A program made the position numbers and the translations under genes. Shown here piece by piece: positions 9,539-19,715 of a stretch of DNA of 63,463 nt (positions are counted from its first letter, which is position 1; every line of letters begins with the position of its first letter). Source of the stretch: Sporobacter termitidis (GTDB lineage: Bacteria; Bacillota; Clostridia; Oscillospirales; Oscillospiraceae); the NCBI GenBank assembly GCA_029267955.1, contig JAJUHI010000001.1, positions 1-63,463 on the forward strand. The letters run 5' to 3'. The notes under the pieces are model-generated. The model was not told the origin of the DNA. It was given only the letters and a program-made list of their open reading frames with translations, and made no database searches.

Positions 9539-10069
9539 TCAGACATGCACATCCAAAAAGCCCCGGTTATCGTGATTGTCCCTTCTTGTGCCGCGGACAT
9601 TGTATGCGTTGTTCTTGCTTTTGGGTGCAAAAAGCATGTTGAGCATGTAATCGTTGCGGTCAATCTGCAGCTGAAGAAGCTCGCTGAGCCTGTTGTTTTT
9701 TTCCGCCAGCTCGGCAACGGCCGCATTCAGCCGTTCTCCCCGCCGGCCAAGCATTTGCGCCGCGTCCGTGTCGGTGATGGCGGCTATCAGCTCCTTCAGG
9801 CGGACATTTTTGGAAAAAAGACCGATTGCCTGTGACAGAGCATCGGCCTTTGCTATTCTCTCATTCTCTGCTTCATTTAAGGCGACGATAAGCTCCTCTT
9901 CCTTCTCCATCGCATCGCGAAGGCCTTCTATATCGCTGGCAGTCAGACAGGCTGCCTTCCTGTCGGAAATCTCCGATAAAAGGCCGAGCAGCTCCAGCTG
10001 CTTATCCATCGTCCGGCCCAGTTCCTCCGATGCGCTCTGCAGCGCATGATTATTCTGGGGCGCCGCCAT
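9539..10069 (-). CDS. flgN: Flagellar export chaperone FlgN
   Basis: Helical protein between flgM and flgK with E..R and N..L pattern. Confidence 0.8.
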   Translation of the reverse strand: MAAPQNNHALQSASEELGRTMDKQLELLGLLSEISDRKAACLTASDIEGLRDAMEKEEELIVALNEAENERIAKADALSQAIGLFSKNVRLKELIAAITDTDAAQMLGRRGERLNAAVAELAEKNNRLSELLQLQIDRNDYMLNMLFAPKSKNNAYNVRGTRRDNHDNRGFLDVHV

Positions 10070-10070
10070 A

Positions 10071-10367
10071 CTAAATACGGGTCGGATATCCGTTCAGGAT
10101 GCCGTCGATAACATCCTTCACCGGAACATCGTAGGCGTTGTTTTTGATCTGCGCCATGATATCGGCGGCCCGGGCGTCCTCAAGGGTGCTGGCGTTCTCC
10201 AGGGCCTCCTTGGCGGCCTTTAACAGAGCCGTAAACTTCTGGGCGCCTTCCGACAGCTCGACGCTGTCGGATATTTTCGTCGCCATCGGCCCCTTGACCG
10301 GCTTCGCGTTGACGTTGTTGATATATTTGGATATGGCGTCGTTCTGGGATACAGAATTGATTCGCAT
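10071..10367 (-). CDS. flgM: Anti-sigma28 factor FlgM
   Basis: MRIN..., DSVELS, I...IKNN.Y.V; position upstream of flgN. Confidence 0.85.
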   Translation of the reverse strand: MRINSVSQNDAISKYINNVNAKPVKGPMATKISDSVELSEGAQKFTALLKAAKEALENASTLEDARAADIMAQIKNNAYDVPVKDVIDGILNGYPTRI

Positions 10368-10409
10368 AATGCATCGCTCTCCTCTCAGGAATCTATGAAC
10401 GCGCTGCCC

Positions 10410-10838
10410 TCATTCTTTCAAGTCTCTGTTGCTTTTGAACATCGGGAGCTCTTTTCTTCTGCTTGTATCTGTTTCCGCCGGTTTTTCAGGTTCTTTTTTG
10501 TGCATCTGGGCTGTCAACTTTTCTTTAAGCAGCTTTGCCCTGCATGACTCGCACAGGGTGCCGCTCTCTGTCTCCTTGCCGCAGGCCCGGCATTTTTGCC
10601 CGCTGCCGGCCTGATTTGCGAGAATGATGCGCCCTTTGTTGATCAGATAGCTCAGGGCTTTCTCGGAAACCTCCGTATCGTTGACAATGGAGATAAAATC
10701 ACTTGTTTTCGGATTCTTATAAATATAGCGCCTTGCCTTGATATACGTATCCTCGATCTCCTTCGAGCACTCGCGGCACAGCGTGACGCCGGCATTATTG
10801 AAAGGTTTTCCGCAAAACTCGCAAATTATGATTGGCAT
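10410..10838 (-). CDS. YvyF-like flagellar operon zinc-binger protein (two Cys clusters)
   Basis: CEFCGKPF..LCREC, VSEK...LI.KGRI, CRACGK...GTLCESC; upstream of flgM. Confidence 0.85.
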   Translation of the reverse strand: MPIIICEFCGKPFNNAGVTLCRECSKEIEDTYIKARRYIYKNPKTSDFISIVNDTEVSEKALSYLINKGRIILANQAGSGQKCRACGKETESGTLCESCRAKLLKEKLTAQMHKKEPEKPAETDTSRRKELPMFKSNRDLKE

Positions 10839-10871
10839 AATGACACCTCCGCAAGAGGCCTCCCGGCCTTA

Positions 10872-11624
10872 CTAGCGCATATTATTTGCAAGGCCCAGCA
10901 TGTCGTCTGAGGTGGTCAGCGCCCGGCTTGCCAGCGAGTACGATCGCTGCGCCCGAATCAGCATCGTCAGCTCCTGTGCCAGATCAACATTTGAGTTTTC
11001 GAGGCTGCCCTGAATGATCTTCGAGTCCGTATCGGGCTCCGGCGCGCCGGAGGTTTCGCTGGGTCTGAAGACGCCGCCCTCCGCTATGAGCCCCTGGGGA
11101 TTTGTAAAGCGGTAAAGGCCCATGACAACGGTATTGCCGTCGGCCGTTGTCAGCCTCCCGTCTTCCGTGACGCTCAGCCGGGACGACGTATCCACCGTGA
11201 TCCTGTTGCCTTCGCTGTCCAGAACAAAATGCCCCTGGGCCGTCACAAGATAGACGCTGCCGTTATACTCCGAAATGTTAAAGACGCCGCTGCGGGTATA
11301 CAGCGTGTCGCCCTCCTGGTTCTGGACGCTGAAAAATCCGTCGCCGTTGATGGCAAAATCCAGGAGATTTTCAGTTGGGACGATGGTGCCCTGCTTAAAA
11401 TCAATGGACGTGGAATCCAGCAAAACGCCGCTGCCTCTTAAAAGGTTGTTCTGCATGCTGTCGGCCTGGACGGGATTGTCCATGGTGGTGTACAGCGCGT
11501 CTTTAAAGTCCGTCCGGGTCGACTTAAACCCGGGGGTGCTGGCGTTGGCGATGTTCGAGGCCAGGGTTTCCAGCCGCTTTTGCTGGCTGGACAGGCCGGA
11601 TGCCGCCGAATACAGTGACTGCAT
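10872..11624 (-). CDS. flgG: Flagellar basal-body rod protein FlgG (FlhP-like)
   Basis: LYSAASGL, NIANASTPGFK, DFAINGDGFF, YTRSG.F, LENSNVDLAQE. Confidence 0.88.
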   Translation of the reverse strand: MQSLYSAASGLSSQQKRLETLASNIANASTPGFKSTRTDFKDALYTTMDNPVQADSMQNNLLRGSGVLLDSTSIDFKQGTIVPTENLLDFAINGDGFFSVQNQEGDTLYTRSGVFNISEYNGSVYLVTAQGHFVLDSEGNRITVDTSSRLSVTEDGRLTTADGNTVVMGLYRFTNPQGLIAEGGVFRPSETSGAPEPDTDSKIIQGSLENSNVDLAQELTMLIRAQRSYSLASRALTTSDDMLGLANNMR

Positions 11625-11631
11625 AACTCAG

Positions 11632-12396
11632 CTAGCCTCCTATCCTGCCAAGGCTGGCGGCCATGCCCAGGGTCTGGTCCGTCATGCTGGCGATCTTCTG
11701 GCTGGCCTCGTACCGGCGGTAGACCGCGATCATGTTGACCATCTCTTCGGAGATATCCACATTGGAGCCCTCCAGCATCCCCTGCCGGACAAGGGCGTTG
11801 CCGGCGGCGGCAGGCTGCGCGTCGCCGTAGATGCTGTAGAGGTTGTTGCCGGCCTTCCGCAGGACGTTGAGATCGTCAAAGGTGACAAGCCGCAGCCGGT
11901 CGGCCTGCGCCGTCTCCCCGGTCACCATCCCGTCGGCGGAGACGGTAAAGTCGCCGTTGCCGACGCGGATCCTGCCGTTTTCACCAAGGACAAAACCGCC
12001 GCTTTCCGTGACGAGGTATCCTTCGCTGTTGACGGTGAAGTGGCCGCTTCTTGTGTAACGCTCCTGGCCGTCTTCGGTCTCGATGACGAAGAACCCGTCG
12101 CCGGTCAGCGCGAGATCCGTGTTTTTGCCGGTGGTCTCCAGGGTGCCGCCGGAGAAGTCTGTAAACAGCTCGTCAACGTGGGTGCCAAAGCTGTATCCGC
12201 CCACCGGGGACGCGCCCTGGATGGTGATGTTGGGGTCGTTGATCCTCTCAAGCATCACCCTGTCAAAGGTGGTTGTGACAAGCGTATCGGCCTTGAAGCC
12301 GGTTGTCTCGGCATTGACAAGGTTGTTGGTAAGGACATCCATTTTGTGGCGCTGGACGTTCATGCCCGTCGCCGCCGTATATAAGCCTCGAACCAT
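11632..12396 (-). CDS. flgF: Flagellar basal-body rod protein FlgF/FlgG (FlhO-like)
   Basis: MVRGLYTAATGM, NNLVNAETTGFK, DLALTGDGFF, YTRSGHF, LEGSNVD..EMV.MI...R.YEASQK. Confidence 0.85.
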   Translation of the reverse strand: MVRGLYTAATGMNVQRHKMDVLTNNLVNAETTGFKADTLVTTTFDRVMLERINDPNITIQGASPVGGYSFGTHVDELFTDFSGGTLETTGKNTDLALTGDGFFVIETEDGQERYTRSGHFTVNSEGYLVTESGGFVLGENGRIRVGNGDFTVSADGMVTGETAQADRLRLVTFDDLNVLRKAGNNLYSIYGDAQPAAAGNALVRQGMLEGSNVDISEEMVNMIAVYRRYEASQKIASMTDQTLGMAASLGRIGG

Positions 12397-12565
12397 CCGT
12401 ACGAACCTCCTCTGGTATGACGATGACCGAAGGCCTCATCATACATATCGTAATTTTTTATGTCATTTTCACAATTGATAGTATTTTTATTGCTTTTTTG
12501 TATAGATGGACAATGCCAACTTGATCGATTTGGCCATTTTTGTTAATTTATCCGTCACCGGCCCT

Positions 12566-13351
12566 TTATTCTTCCAAAACCATCCGCATTTCCATCAATA
12601 TTCTCGAGTGGATCTGGGAGACGCGCGATTCGGATATTTGCAGGATTTTTGCGATGCTTTTCATCGTCAGCCCCTCGTAATAATGGAGCGTAATTACCAT
12701 CTTTTCCCGCTCCGGCAGGGATTCGATCAGCTTTCGGAGCGCCTCGGACATGACCTCTTTTTCAATTTTTTGGTAGGGGTCGCTCTTGGCCGGCTCAAGG
12801 AGCTCCTCCGACTCCTTCTCGTACAGCAAGGATTCAAAGTAAACCAGGTTAAACATATGGGTTTTATGCATAACCTTTTGGACCACGGACTCCTTGACGC
12901 CGAGATAATCGGCAATCTCCTTTTCCGTCGGCCGCCGGTTGTATTCCGCCTCCAGCGTTTCGTACGCCTTCTGGATGCTGCTGATTTTTTTGCGCAGGCT
13001 GGAGGGCGCCCAGTCCTGCTTGCGCATGTAATCGATGATTTCGCCGCGGATACGCACGGTGGCGTACGTCTGGAATTTTACGCCGAAGGAACGGTCAAAT
13101 TTATTGACGGCGTCGATCAGGCCAAGAACGCCGCAGCTCATCAGCTCGTCCTTTTCGCTGTAGTCCTTGTACTGCGGCATCAGGCGCTTGACGACGATAC
13201 CGACAATATAGAGATAGTGGGAAATAATCTTATTTTTTATTTCCTGATCGCCGGTTTGAAAATACTGCTCCCAGAGCTCATCGATATTGATGCTGTCGTC
13301 TTGTCCCATACCAGGCCCCATTCTGCCGAACGGCTTCGGCAACGATTTCAT
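12566..13351 (-). CDS. fliA: Flagellar sigma factor sigma28 (FliA/SigD/WhiG)
   Basis: GVLGLIDAVNKFD..GVKFQTYA..RIRGEIID.MRKQDWAP; ESRVSQIHS; true start may be MGQDD (13309). Confidence 0.96.
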   Translation of the reverse strand: MKSLPKPFGRMGPGMGQDDSINIDELWEQYFQTGDQEIKNKIISHYLYIVGIVVKRLMPQYKDYSEKDELMSCGVLGLIDAVNKFDRSFGVKFQTYATVRIRGEIIDYMRKQDWAPSSLRKKISSIQKAYETLEAEYNRRPTEKEIADYLGVKESVVQKVMHKTHMFNLVYFESLLYEKESEELLEPAKSDPYQKIEKEVMSEALRKLIESLPEREKMVITLHYYEGLTMKSIAKILQISESRVSQIHSRILMEMRMVLEE

Positions 13352-13372
13352 ATTGCGGTTAACCGCGCCGCT

Positions 13373-14047
13373 TCACTTGTTTCCTTTGGTCAAATTCAGC
13401 GTCAATTTGCTGCGCTGGCTGAGAATAACCAGCTTGATGAGGATATCGCGCGCCTTTTCGGGCAAATCAACGAACTGGATACCGAGAAGATAGCCAAACT
13501 CCCTGTTTTTTGTGGGGATGCAGCGGACAACCTTGCCGCGCACCTTCGGGATTACCTCTCTGATACCGAAATGGTTGATCCGCAGAGACATCTCCATGTC
13601 CTGGCCGTATTCGCAGTACTCATTGAATTTCAGCAGCAGACCAAGCTCCGCGATGTCCACGGTGCTTGTTTTTACCCATTTTCCGTCGGGCTCCTTGCCG
13701 CCTGAGAGCTTCCTGGCGTTGACCTGGATGCTCTCCCGGACCCGGTACGCATCCCGCCGCTGGTTGCAGTGTATCTCGCCGGTTATCTTCAAGTGCAGCA
13801 GACGGACAAGGGTGGACTCGTCCACCATGGTCACCGTCGCTTCAAAGGAGTAAATCCCCCGCTCCGTCACGCAGGAGACGGAAAACTTCTCCCCCGCCGG
13901 TACGTTGATCAGCTCGCCCCCCCTGTAGGGCGTCAGAATGGTGAACGTATCTTCCCCGGTGACATCATCGACCATGGTGATGAACGAGCCGCTGGCGCCT
14001 AAAACGCGGACTTCGTCCCCGGTTTTTAAAATCCTGTTCAGATGCAA
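13373..14047 (-). CDS. PilZ-domain flagellar brake protein (YcgR/MotI-like)
   Basis: QRRDAYRV (RxxxR) and DIAELG (DxxxxG) c-di-GMP motifs, N-terminal YcgR-like domain; start TTG 14047 or GTG 14056. Confidence 0.88.
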   Translation of the reverse strand: MHLNRILKTGDEVRVLGASGSFITMVDDVTGEDTFTILTPYRGGELINVPAGEKFSVSCVTERGIYSFEATVTMVDESTLVRLLHLKITGEIHCNQRRDAYRVRESIQVNARKLSGGKEPDGKWVKTSTVDIAELGLLLKFNEYCEYGQDMEMSLRINHFGIREVIPKVRGKVVRCIPTKNREFGYLLGIQFVDLPEKARDILIKLVILSQRSKLTLNLTKGNK

Positions 14048-14099
14048 CGTCGGCACCTCGTTTCACAATACAATGATACACTGAGTATGCTGCGTTCCG

Positions 14100-16136
14100 T
14101 CATATTTTGATGATGTTCTCAATGTGCAGCTCCATATTCTGGTCAATTTCCGCGTAGGACAGCACCGGTAAATTCGGCGCAATCTGCTCGATCAGCTTTT
14201 TAAACCGCGGGCGGATGGCGGGCGCCGTCAGCGCCACCGACTTCTTTCCTTCCATCGCCATCCGGTCGATGATCTCCTTTGTGTTCTTATACAGGCTCTG
14301 CAGCTGCGCCGGCTCCAGAATCGTCACCACGCCGGTCTCGGTGCGTTTTGTCTTTTCGGCGATCAGCTGCTCCACCTTCGAGTCCAGCGCCACCACGGCC
14401 ACGTCGTCGCCCTCCAAAAACCGGCTGGTAATGACCCGCGCCAGGCTTTGCCGGACATATTCGGTCAGCTCGTCCGGATTTCTCGTCACGGCGCCGTAGT
14501 CGGCCAGGGTCTCGATGATCGTCCCCAGGTTTTTGATGGGGATGCCTTCCCGCAGCAGACGGACGAGAACCTTTTGCACCTCGCCGTAGGTGAACATCTT
14601 CGGCACGACTTCCTCCACCAGCGCCGGCTGCTGCTGCGCCAGATTCTCTATCAGCAGCTGCACCTGCTGGCGGTTCATCAGCTCGCTGGCGTTGTTTTTG
14701 ATGACCTCCATCAGATGGGTCGTGATGACCGACGGCGGGTCGATGGTCGTATAGCCGAGGAGCTCGGCCTTTTCACGCTGCTTTTTTGTAATCCACAGCG
14801 CCGGCAGCCCGAAGGTGGGCTCGATGGTCTCGATACCGGTGATGGTCTCCTCAACGCCGTCGGAATTGATGGCCAGATAATGATCCGGCATGATCTCGCC
14901 CCTGGCCACCTCGACGCCCTTAATCATGATTCTGTACTCGTTGGTCCCCAGGCGGATATTGTCCCGCATCCGGATGGAGGGCAGGATAATGCCGAGATCG
15001 ATGGCGCACTGGCGCCGGATCATGATGATGCGGTCTAAAAGGTCGCCGCCGAGGCTGACGTCCACCATGGGCAGAATCCCGTAGCCGAACTCAAGCTCCA
15101 ATTGCTCCACCTGCAGCAGGTTGAGCACATTCTCGGGCTTACGCTTTTCCTCCGCCGCCTGGGCGGCCGTATCCTCCTGCGCCGGCGCCTCGGCTTCCTT
15201 TAAGATATTGCGGCGCATTACCATTCCTGTCCCCACCAGTATCGCCGCGATAACTATAAGCTGAAGCTTCGGAAACCCGGGGATGAGGCACATGGCAACC
15301 AGAACGCCGCCGCAGATGAGCATGATGTTCGGGTTGCCCAGCAGCTGTTTTGACAAATCCACGCCGAAGCTCGCGTCGGAGGCCGAGCGCGTGACGATGA
15401 TACCGGTAGAGGTGGAAATCAGCAGCGCCGGAATCTGTGACACAAGGCCGTCGCCCACGGTAGCCAGCGTGTAAACCCTGACCGCCTCTCCAATCTCCAT
15501 CCCTTCCATCGTCACGCCGATAATCAGGCCGCCGACGATGTTGACAATGGTGATAATGATCGACAGAATCGCGTCGCCCTTGATGAACTTGCTGGCGCCG
15601 TCCATAGCGCCGTAAAAGTCGGCCTCCCGCTGGATATCCGCGCGGCGCTGGCGCGCCGTCGCCTCATCGATGGCGCCGGTGTTCAGGTCCGCGTCAATGG
15701 ACATCTGCTTGCCGGGCATGGCGTCCAGGGTAAACCGGGCGGCAACCTCGGACACGCGCTCCGCGCCCTTGGTGATGACGATAAACTGAATGGCGACAAT
15801 GATGACAAAGGCCACAATACCCACAACCAGATTGCCGCTGATAACAAACGAACCGAAGGTCTCGATGACATGGCCCGCGTCGCCGCCGTTGCCGAGGATG
15901 AGCTTCGTGGACGAGAGGTTGAGGGACAGCCGGAATAATGTCGTGATGAGCAGCAGCGTCGGCAGGACGGAGAACTCCAGCGCGTCCTTGACAAACAGCG
16001 ACGCCAGCATGATAAACAGCGAAATCGTGATGTTCATGATGAGCAGCGCGTCCAGCAGCCACGTCGGCAGCGGGATGATGATAATCAATATGACTGCGAT
16101 GATAATCGCGCTTGTCGCCAGATCCGATTTCTTCAT
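14100..16136 (-). CDS. flhA: Flagellar export protein FlhA
   Basis: ITKGAERVSEVAARFTLDAMPGKQMSIDADL, FYGAMDGASKF. Confidence 0.98.
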   Translation of the reverse strand: MKKSDLATSAIIIAVILIIIIPLPTWLLDALLIMNITISLFIMLASLFVKDALEFSVLPTLLLITTLFRLSLNLSSTKLILGNGGDAGHVIETFGSFVISGNLVVGIVAFVIIVAIQFIVITKGAERVSEVAARFTLDAMPGKQMSIDADLNTGAIDEATARQRRADIQREADFYGAMDGASKFIKGDAILSIIITIVNIVGGLIIGVTMEGMEIGEAVRVYTLATVGDGLVSQIPALLISTSTGIIVTRSASDASFGVDLSKQLLGNPNIMLICGGVLVAMCLIPGFPKLQLIVIAAILVGTGMVMRRNILKEAEAPAQEDTAAQAAEEKRKPENVLNLLQVEQLELEFGYGILPMVDVSLGGDLLDRIIMIRRQCAIDLGIILPSIRMRDNIRLGTNEYRIMIKGVEVARGEIMPDHYLAINSDGVEETITGIETIEPTFGLPALWITKKQREKAELLGYTTIDPPSVITTHLMEVIKNNASELMNRQQVQLLIENLAQQQPALVEEVVPKMFTYGEVQKVLVRLLREGIPIKNLGTIIETLADYGAVTRNPDELTEYVRQSLARVITSRFLEGDDVAVVALDSKVEQLIAEKTKRTETGVVTILEPAQLQSLYKNTKEIIDRMAMEGKKSVALTAPAIRPRFKKLIEQIAPNLPVLSYAEIDQNMELHIENIIKI

Positions 16137-16175
16137 GGAAATGACCTTTCCCTGCTCCTATGGTAAATTCGGCGG

Positions 16176-17252
16176 TTATATTTTTTTGCCGATGGTCTTG
16201 TAGACGTAGATGAGGATATCGGCAATGGCCTGATACAGCTCCGCCGGTATTTCGTCGTCAATATCGCAGGTCCAGTACAGCGCCCGGGCCACCGGCTTGT
16301 TCTCAACAATGGCAACGCCGTGCTCGGCTGCGATTTTCTTGATTCTCTGCGCCAGATAGTCCTGGCCCTTGGCGATGACAACCGGCGCCCTGTCCTGATT
16401 TTCCCTGTAACGGAGCGCCACGGCGAAATGCTCGGGGTTCGTGACGACCACAGTGGCCTCCGGAATGCGCTTCATCATGCGCTGGGCGCTCATGCGGCGC
16501 TGCTTCTGCCTGATTTTGCCCTTGATCTGCGGGTCGCCTTCCAGCTGTTTGTTTTCTTCCTTGACCTCCTGCTTTGTCATGCGGATGTCCTTTTCAAACT
16601 TCCACCACTGGTATAAAACGTCCAGGGCGCCGAAGACGATCAGCGCCAGGCCGATCATGATCCCCATCGTAAAGCTGGTGGACAATGCCTTCGCAAACGC
16701 CGTCCAGACATTGCTGTACATAAACCCGGTAAATTCCCGGAACGCGACGCGCGTATAGGTGTAAATGATATAGGCCAGTATCACGACCTTGATGATCGAT
16801 TTGACAAGCTCCACCAGCGTCCGGGCTGAAAACAGGCGCTTGAAGCCCTCAATCGGATTGAGCCTTTTAAAGTCCGGCTTGAGCTTTTCCGTGACAAACA
16901 AGGGGCCTGTCTGCACAACGTGCACAAGTATGCCTGCGACCATTGCGATGCCCATCACCGGGAGTACGATCGGCAGGACAGTCAGCAGGATATCCTTATA
17001 ATAAGACATCAACGTGGCGGTTGTCACGTTGGCGGCCTTTTCAGCGATTAGCCTGTCGGATAACATCGAGGCGGAAATACCCTTCAGCGACCGAAAAAAG
17101 CCCTCAAAGCCAACTTTCAACGTCAGGAACATAATAAAAAGCATGATGGCCGAGCACAGATCGGTACTCTTATGTACATCACCTTTTTTTCGTACGTCCC
17201 GTCGCTTTTTGGCTGTGGCTTTTTCTGTTCTTTCGCCGCTGCCCTGCGCCAT
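16176..17252 (-). CDS. flhB: Flagellar export protein FlhB
   Basis: ERTEKAT, MTKQEVKEE.KQ.EGDPQIK, autocleavage site TNPEH (NPxH variant). Confidence 0.97.
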   Translation of the reverse strand: MAQGSGERTEKATAKKRRDVRKKGDVHKSTDLCSAIMLFIMFLTLKVGFEGFFRSLKGISASMLSDRLIAEKAANVTTATLMSYYKDILLTVLPIVLPVMGIAMVAGILVHVVQTGPLFVTEKLKPDFKRLNPIEGFKRLFSARTLVELVKSIIKVVILAYIIYTYTRVAFREFTGFMYSNVWTAFAKALSTSFTMGIMIGLALIVFGALDVLYQWWKFEKDIRMTKQEVKEENKQLEGDPQIKGKIRQKQRRMSAQRMMKRIPEATVVVTNPEHFAVALRYRENQDRAPVVIAKGQDYLAQRIKKIAAEHGVAIVENKPVARALYWTCDIDDEIPAELYQAIADILIYVYKTIGKKI

Positions 17253-17299
17253 AAAGCCTCATCACCTCGATCATTCCGGGCTGCGTGCTCCTCAAAGCG

Positions 17300-18091
17300 T
17301 CATACGCCGGCCAACTGGTCAAACATGGCGCCGATGAGCTCAAATATCATCTCAAAAATGTCTCTCGTAAAACCGGCAAACACGGAAATGGTCAGCATCA
17401 TCATCATCAAACCCAGAATTGTCTTTAAGGGGATGCCCACCACAAACATGTTCAGCTGCGGCACCGTCTTGATAACGGCGCCCAGGCCGATTTCAATCAG
17501 CAGTCCCGTCGTCAGGATGGGCATGGCCACCGCCACCGACAGCACAAGGGATTTGGCCATCACCTCTGCGGCGACCCATAAAATCTCCGGCGGCGCCATG
17601 GCCGTGCCGATGGGGACGGCCTCGATGGTCCGGTGGATGATTTCAATCAGCCTCAGATGCCCGTTCACCATTAAAAACAGCAGCAGCATCATGATATTGA
17701 AGAGGCTGCCCGTAACCGGCGTCTGCGTGTTGTTCTGGTAATCATAAATACTGGCCATGCTGTAGCCGATCTGATAGTCCATAATGGCGCCGGCTGTCAT
17801 GGTCAGGTTAAACATCGCCGTGAGCACAAATCCCATCGCCACGCCAAAACCTAATTCCCGTATGACCGTCAGCGCGTACACCGGCACGCTGTCGAATACC
17901 GGGTAAACCTCCGGCGGCTCGAGGCTGGCCATGAATATGACCGTGACGACGCCGCAAAAGCCGATCTTGGCAATATTGGGGACATTCTTGCGGCCGAATA
18001 TCGGGCTCGATATCAACAGGCCGCTGACGCGGATGAACAGCAGAAGCACATAATCCAGATGGTCCCTGATAAGGGTAAGCTGCGCAATCAT
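17300..18091 (-). CDS. fliR: Flagellar export protein FliR
   Basis: FIRVSG..SPIFG, AG.IMDYQIG.SMA, PQLNMFVVGIPLK. Confidence 0.96.
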   Translation of the reverse strand: MIAQLTLIRDHLDYVLLLFIRVSGLLISSPIFGRKNVPNIAKIGFCGVVTVIFMASLEPPEVYPVFDSVPVYALTVIRELGFGVAMGFVLTAMFNLTMTAGAIMDYQIGYSMASIYDYQNNTQTPVTGSLFNIMMLLLFLMVNGHLRLIEIIHRTIEAVPIGTAMAPPEILWVAAEVMAKSLVLSVAVAMPILTTGLLIEIGLGAVIKTVPQLNMFVVGIPLKTILGLMMMMLTISVFAGFTRDIFEMIFELIGAMFDQLAGV

Positions 18092-18097
18092 GGCCGT

Positions 18098-18370
18098 TTA
18101 TCGGAGCATGGTGTTGATGGAATTGAAAATCTCGCCGGTGAAATCCGTCACCTTGCTGATGATCCATCCGCCGAATATCAGAAAGGCAAAGAGGATGCCG
18201 ATGATTTTTGGTACAAAGGCCAGCGTCTGTTCGTTGATTTGCGTCGTGGCCTGAAAAATGGAAACGAGCACGCCGATAACCAGCGCCGCGCCCATCATCG
18301 GCAAAGACGCCAGCAGAACGACATAGACCGCGTCCCTGATGATGGTGAGTATTTCCTGCTGTGACAGCAC
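18098..18370 (-). CDS. fliQ: Flagellar export protein FliQ
   Basis: GVLVSIFQATTQINEQTLAFVPKI; GTG start at 18370 after GGGGAG. Confidence 0.96.
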   Translation of the reverse strand: MLSQQEILTIIRDAVYVVLLASLPMMGAALVIGVLVSIFQATTQINEQTLAFVPKIIGILFAFLIFGGWIISKVTDFTGEIFNSINTMLR

Positions 18371-18393
18371 AGGCGTCTCCCCCTTCCCGAGGC

Positions 18394-19242
18394 TTAAAAG
18401 CTGTTGATGATTGTGCCGATTGTCATGCGCCATCCGTCCACAAGGACAAACAGGAGTATTTTAAACGGCATGGACAGCATTGCAGGCGGGAGCATCATCA
18501 TACCCATGGCCATCAAGGTGCTGGCCACGATCATGTCGATTACGATAAACGGGATATAAATAAAAAACCCGATGGCAAACGCATGCTTGAGCTCGCTGGT
18601 GACAAAGGAGGCGATGACAACGCTGTCGGGGATATCCTCCAGGGCGGTGCCGGGGTCAAGCTTCGACAGATTGCTGAAAAAGGAGAGGTCCTCTTCATAC
18701 GTCTGCTTGAGCATGAAATCCCGCAGGGGGTCCATGGCCTTCTCCGCAAACTCCGAAAACTCAATCTCGTTGTCAATATAGGGCTTGTAGGCTGTATCGT
18801 TGATCTCTGTCAGAACCGGGCTCATGACGAAATATGTAATGAAAATCGCCAGACCGATGATCACGGTGTTGGGCGGCATGTTCTGAAGCCCGAGGGCGTT
18901 GCGCACGATGGAGAGAACAATAACGATCCTCGTAAACCCCGTCAGCATGATCAGCATTGTGGGGATCAGCGTAATCGCCGTTAGGATCATGATGATCTGC
19001 AGCGTTTCGGAATCGTTGTCCAAAAGCGACTTCAGCGTCTCAAAGGGCGCCGCCGAAGCGTTTTTCGTCATGAGCGACAGGCCGACGACGCAGAGAACAA
19101 AAGCGGCGCTTGTCGCGGCACAGGTTTTAATTGTCTTTTTGAAGTTCTTGCCCCTCCGGCCGCCGGCCGGCTCCAGCCGGTCCTCCGCTATGTTGAGCCG
19201 CGCCGGAACAAGGCTTGTATTTGCGCTATTGACCGTTTTCAA
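18394..19242 (-). CDS. fliP: Flagellar export protein FliP
   Basis: TGFTRIVIVLS..RNALGLQ..PPN, SELK.AF.IGF, MGMMMLPP, PFKILLFVLVDGW; start uncertain. Confidence 0.97.
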   Translation of the reverse strand: MKTVNSANTSLVPARLNIAEDRLEPAGGRRGKNFKKTIKTCAATSAAFVLCVVGLSLMTKNASAAPFETLKSLLDNDSETLQIIMILTAITLIPTMLIMLTGFTRIVIVLSIVRNALGLQNMPPNTVIIGLAIFITYFVMSPVLTEINDTAYKPYIDNEIEFSEFAEKAMDPLRDFMLKQTYEEDLSFFSNLSKLDPGTALEDIPDSVVIASFVTSELKHAFAIGFFIYIPFIVIDMIVASTLMAMGMMMLPPAMLSMPFKILLFVLVDGWRMTIGTIINSF

Positions 19243-19298
19243 AGGTCCACCACTTTTCCGCGTTTGTTAATTGGCCGCAGCCGAATCCGGTATGACGG

Positions 19299-19664
19299 TT
19301 ATGGCTTGTGCAGCCGTTTGTTCAGCTCCTCTTTAAAGCTTGACATAAAGGACGGCGGCGCTTCCTGCTCTTCCCTTATCAGCTTGAGTTCGTCTTTGGG
19401 GAGCTTGTCCAAAAGCTCCACGTGCTGCTGGGTCATACCGAGGATATAGGCTGTTTCCCCGATCTCAACAATGACAACCGATTTGTCTTTTCCCAGAGGC
19501 AGAGACGCCACCTGCCGGATACCCGTACCGCGCCGGTAAACGCCGCCGCCGGTTTTGGCAACAAGCCTCGTCACGTAGTAGGACGCCAGAATCACGGCGC
19601 CGATGATGACGATTGCCTGAACGTAGTCCCAAAAATTCAAATCAGCGCCTCCACTCTCATCCAT
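19299..19664 (-). CDS. fliO: Flagellar protein FliO/FliZ
   Basis: N-terminal TM, YYVTR, LG.DKSVVIVEIG...ILG.T; upstream of fliP. Confidence 0.88.
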   Translation of the reverse strand: MDESGGADLNFWDYVQAIVIIGAVILASYYVTRLVAKTGGGVYRRGTGIRQVASLPLGKDKSVVIVEIGETAYILGMTQQHVELLDKLPKDELKLIREEQEAPPSFMSSFKEELNKRLHKP

Positions 19665-19715
19665 GCTGCCGATGCGCCGTTCCGGCGGCTTTAAGATGGC
19701 CGGAACGCGCCGCAG

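Noticed and set aside
11275-12384. 369-aa plus-strand ORF
   Set aside because: Shadow of flgF/flgG.
12506-13705. 399-aa plus-strand ORF
   Set aside because: Antisense shadow of fliA and the PilZ gene; no RBS or motifs; expected in GC-rich coding DNA.
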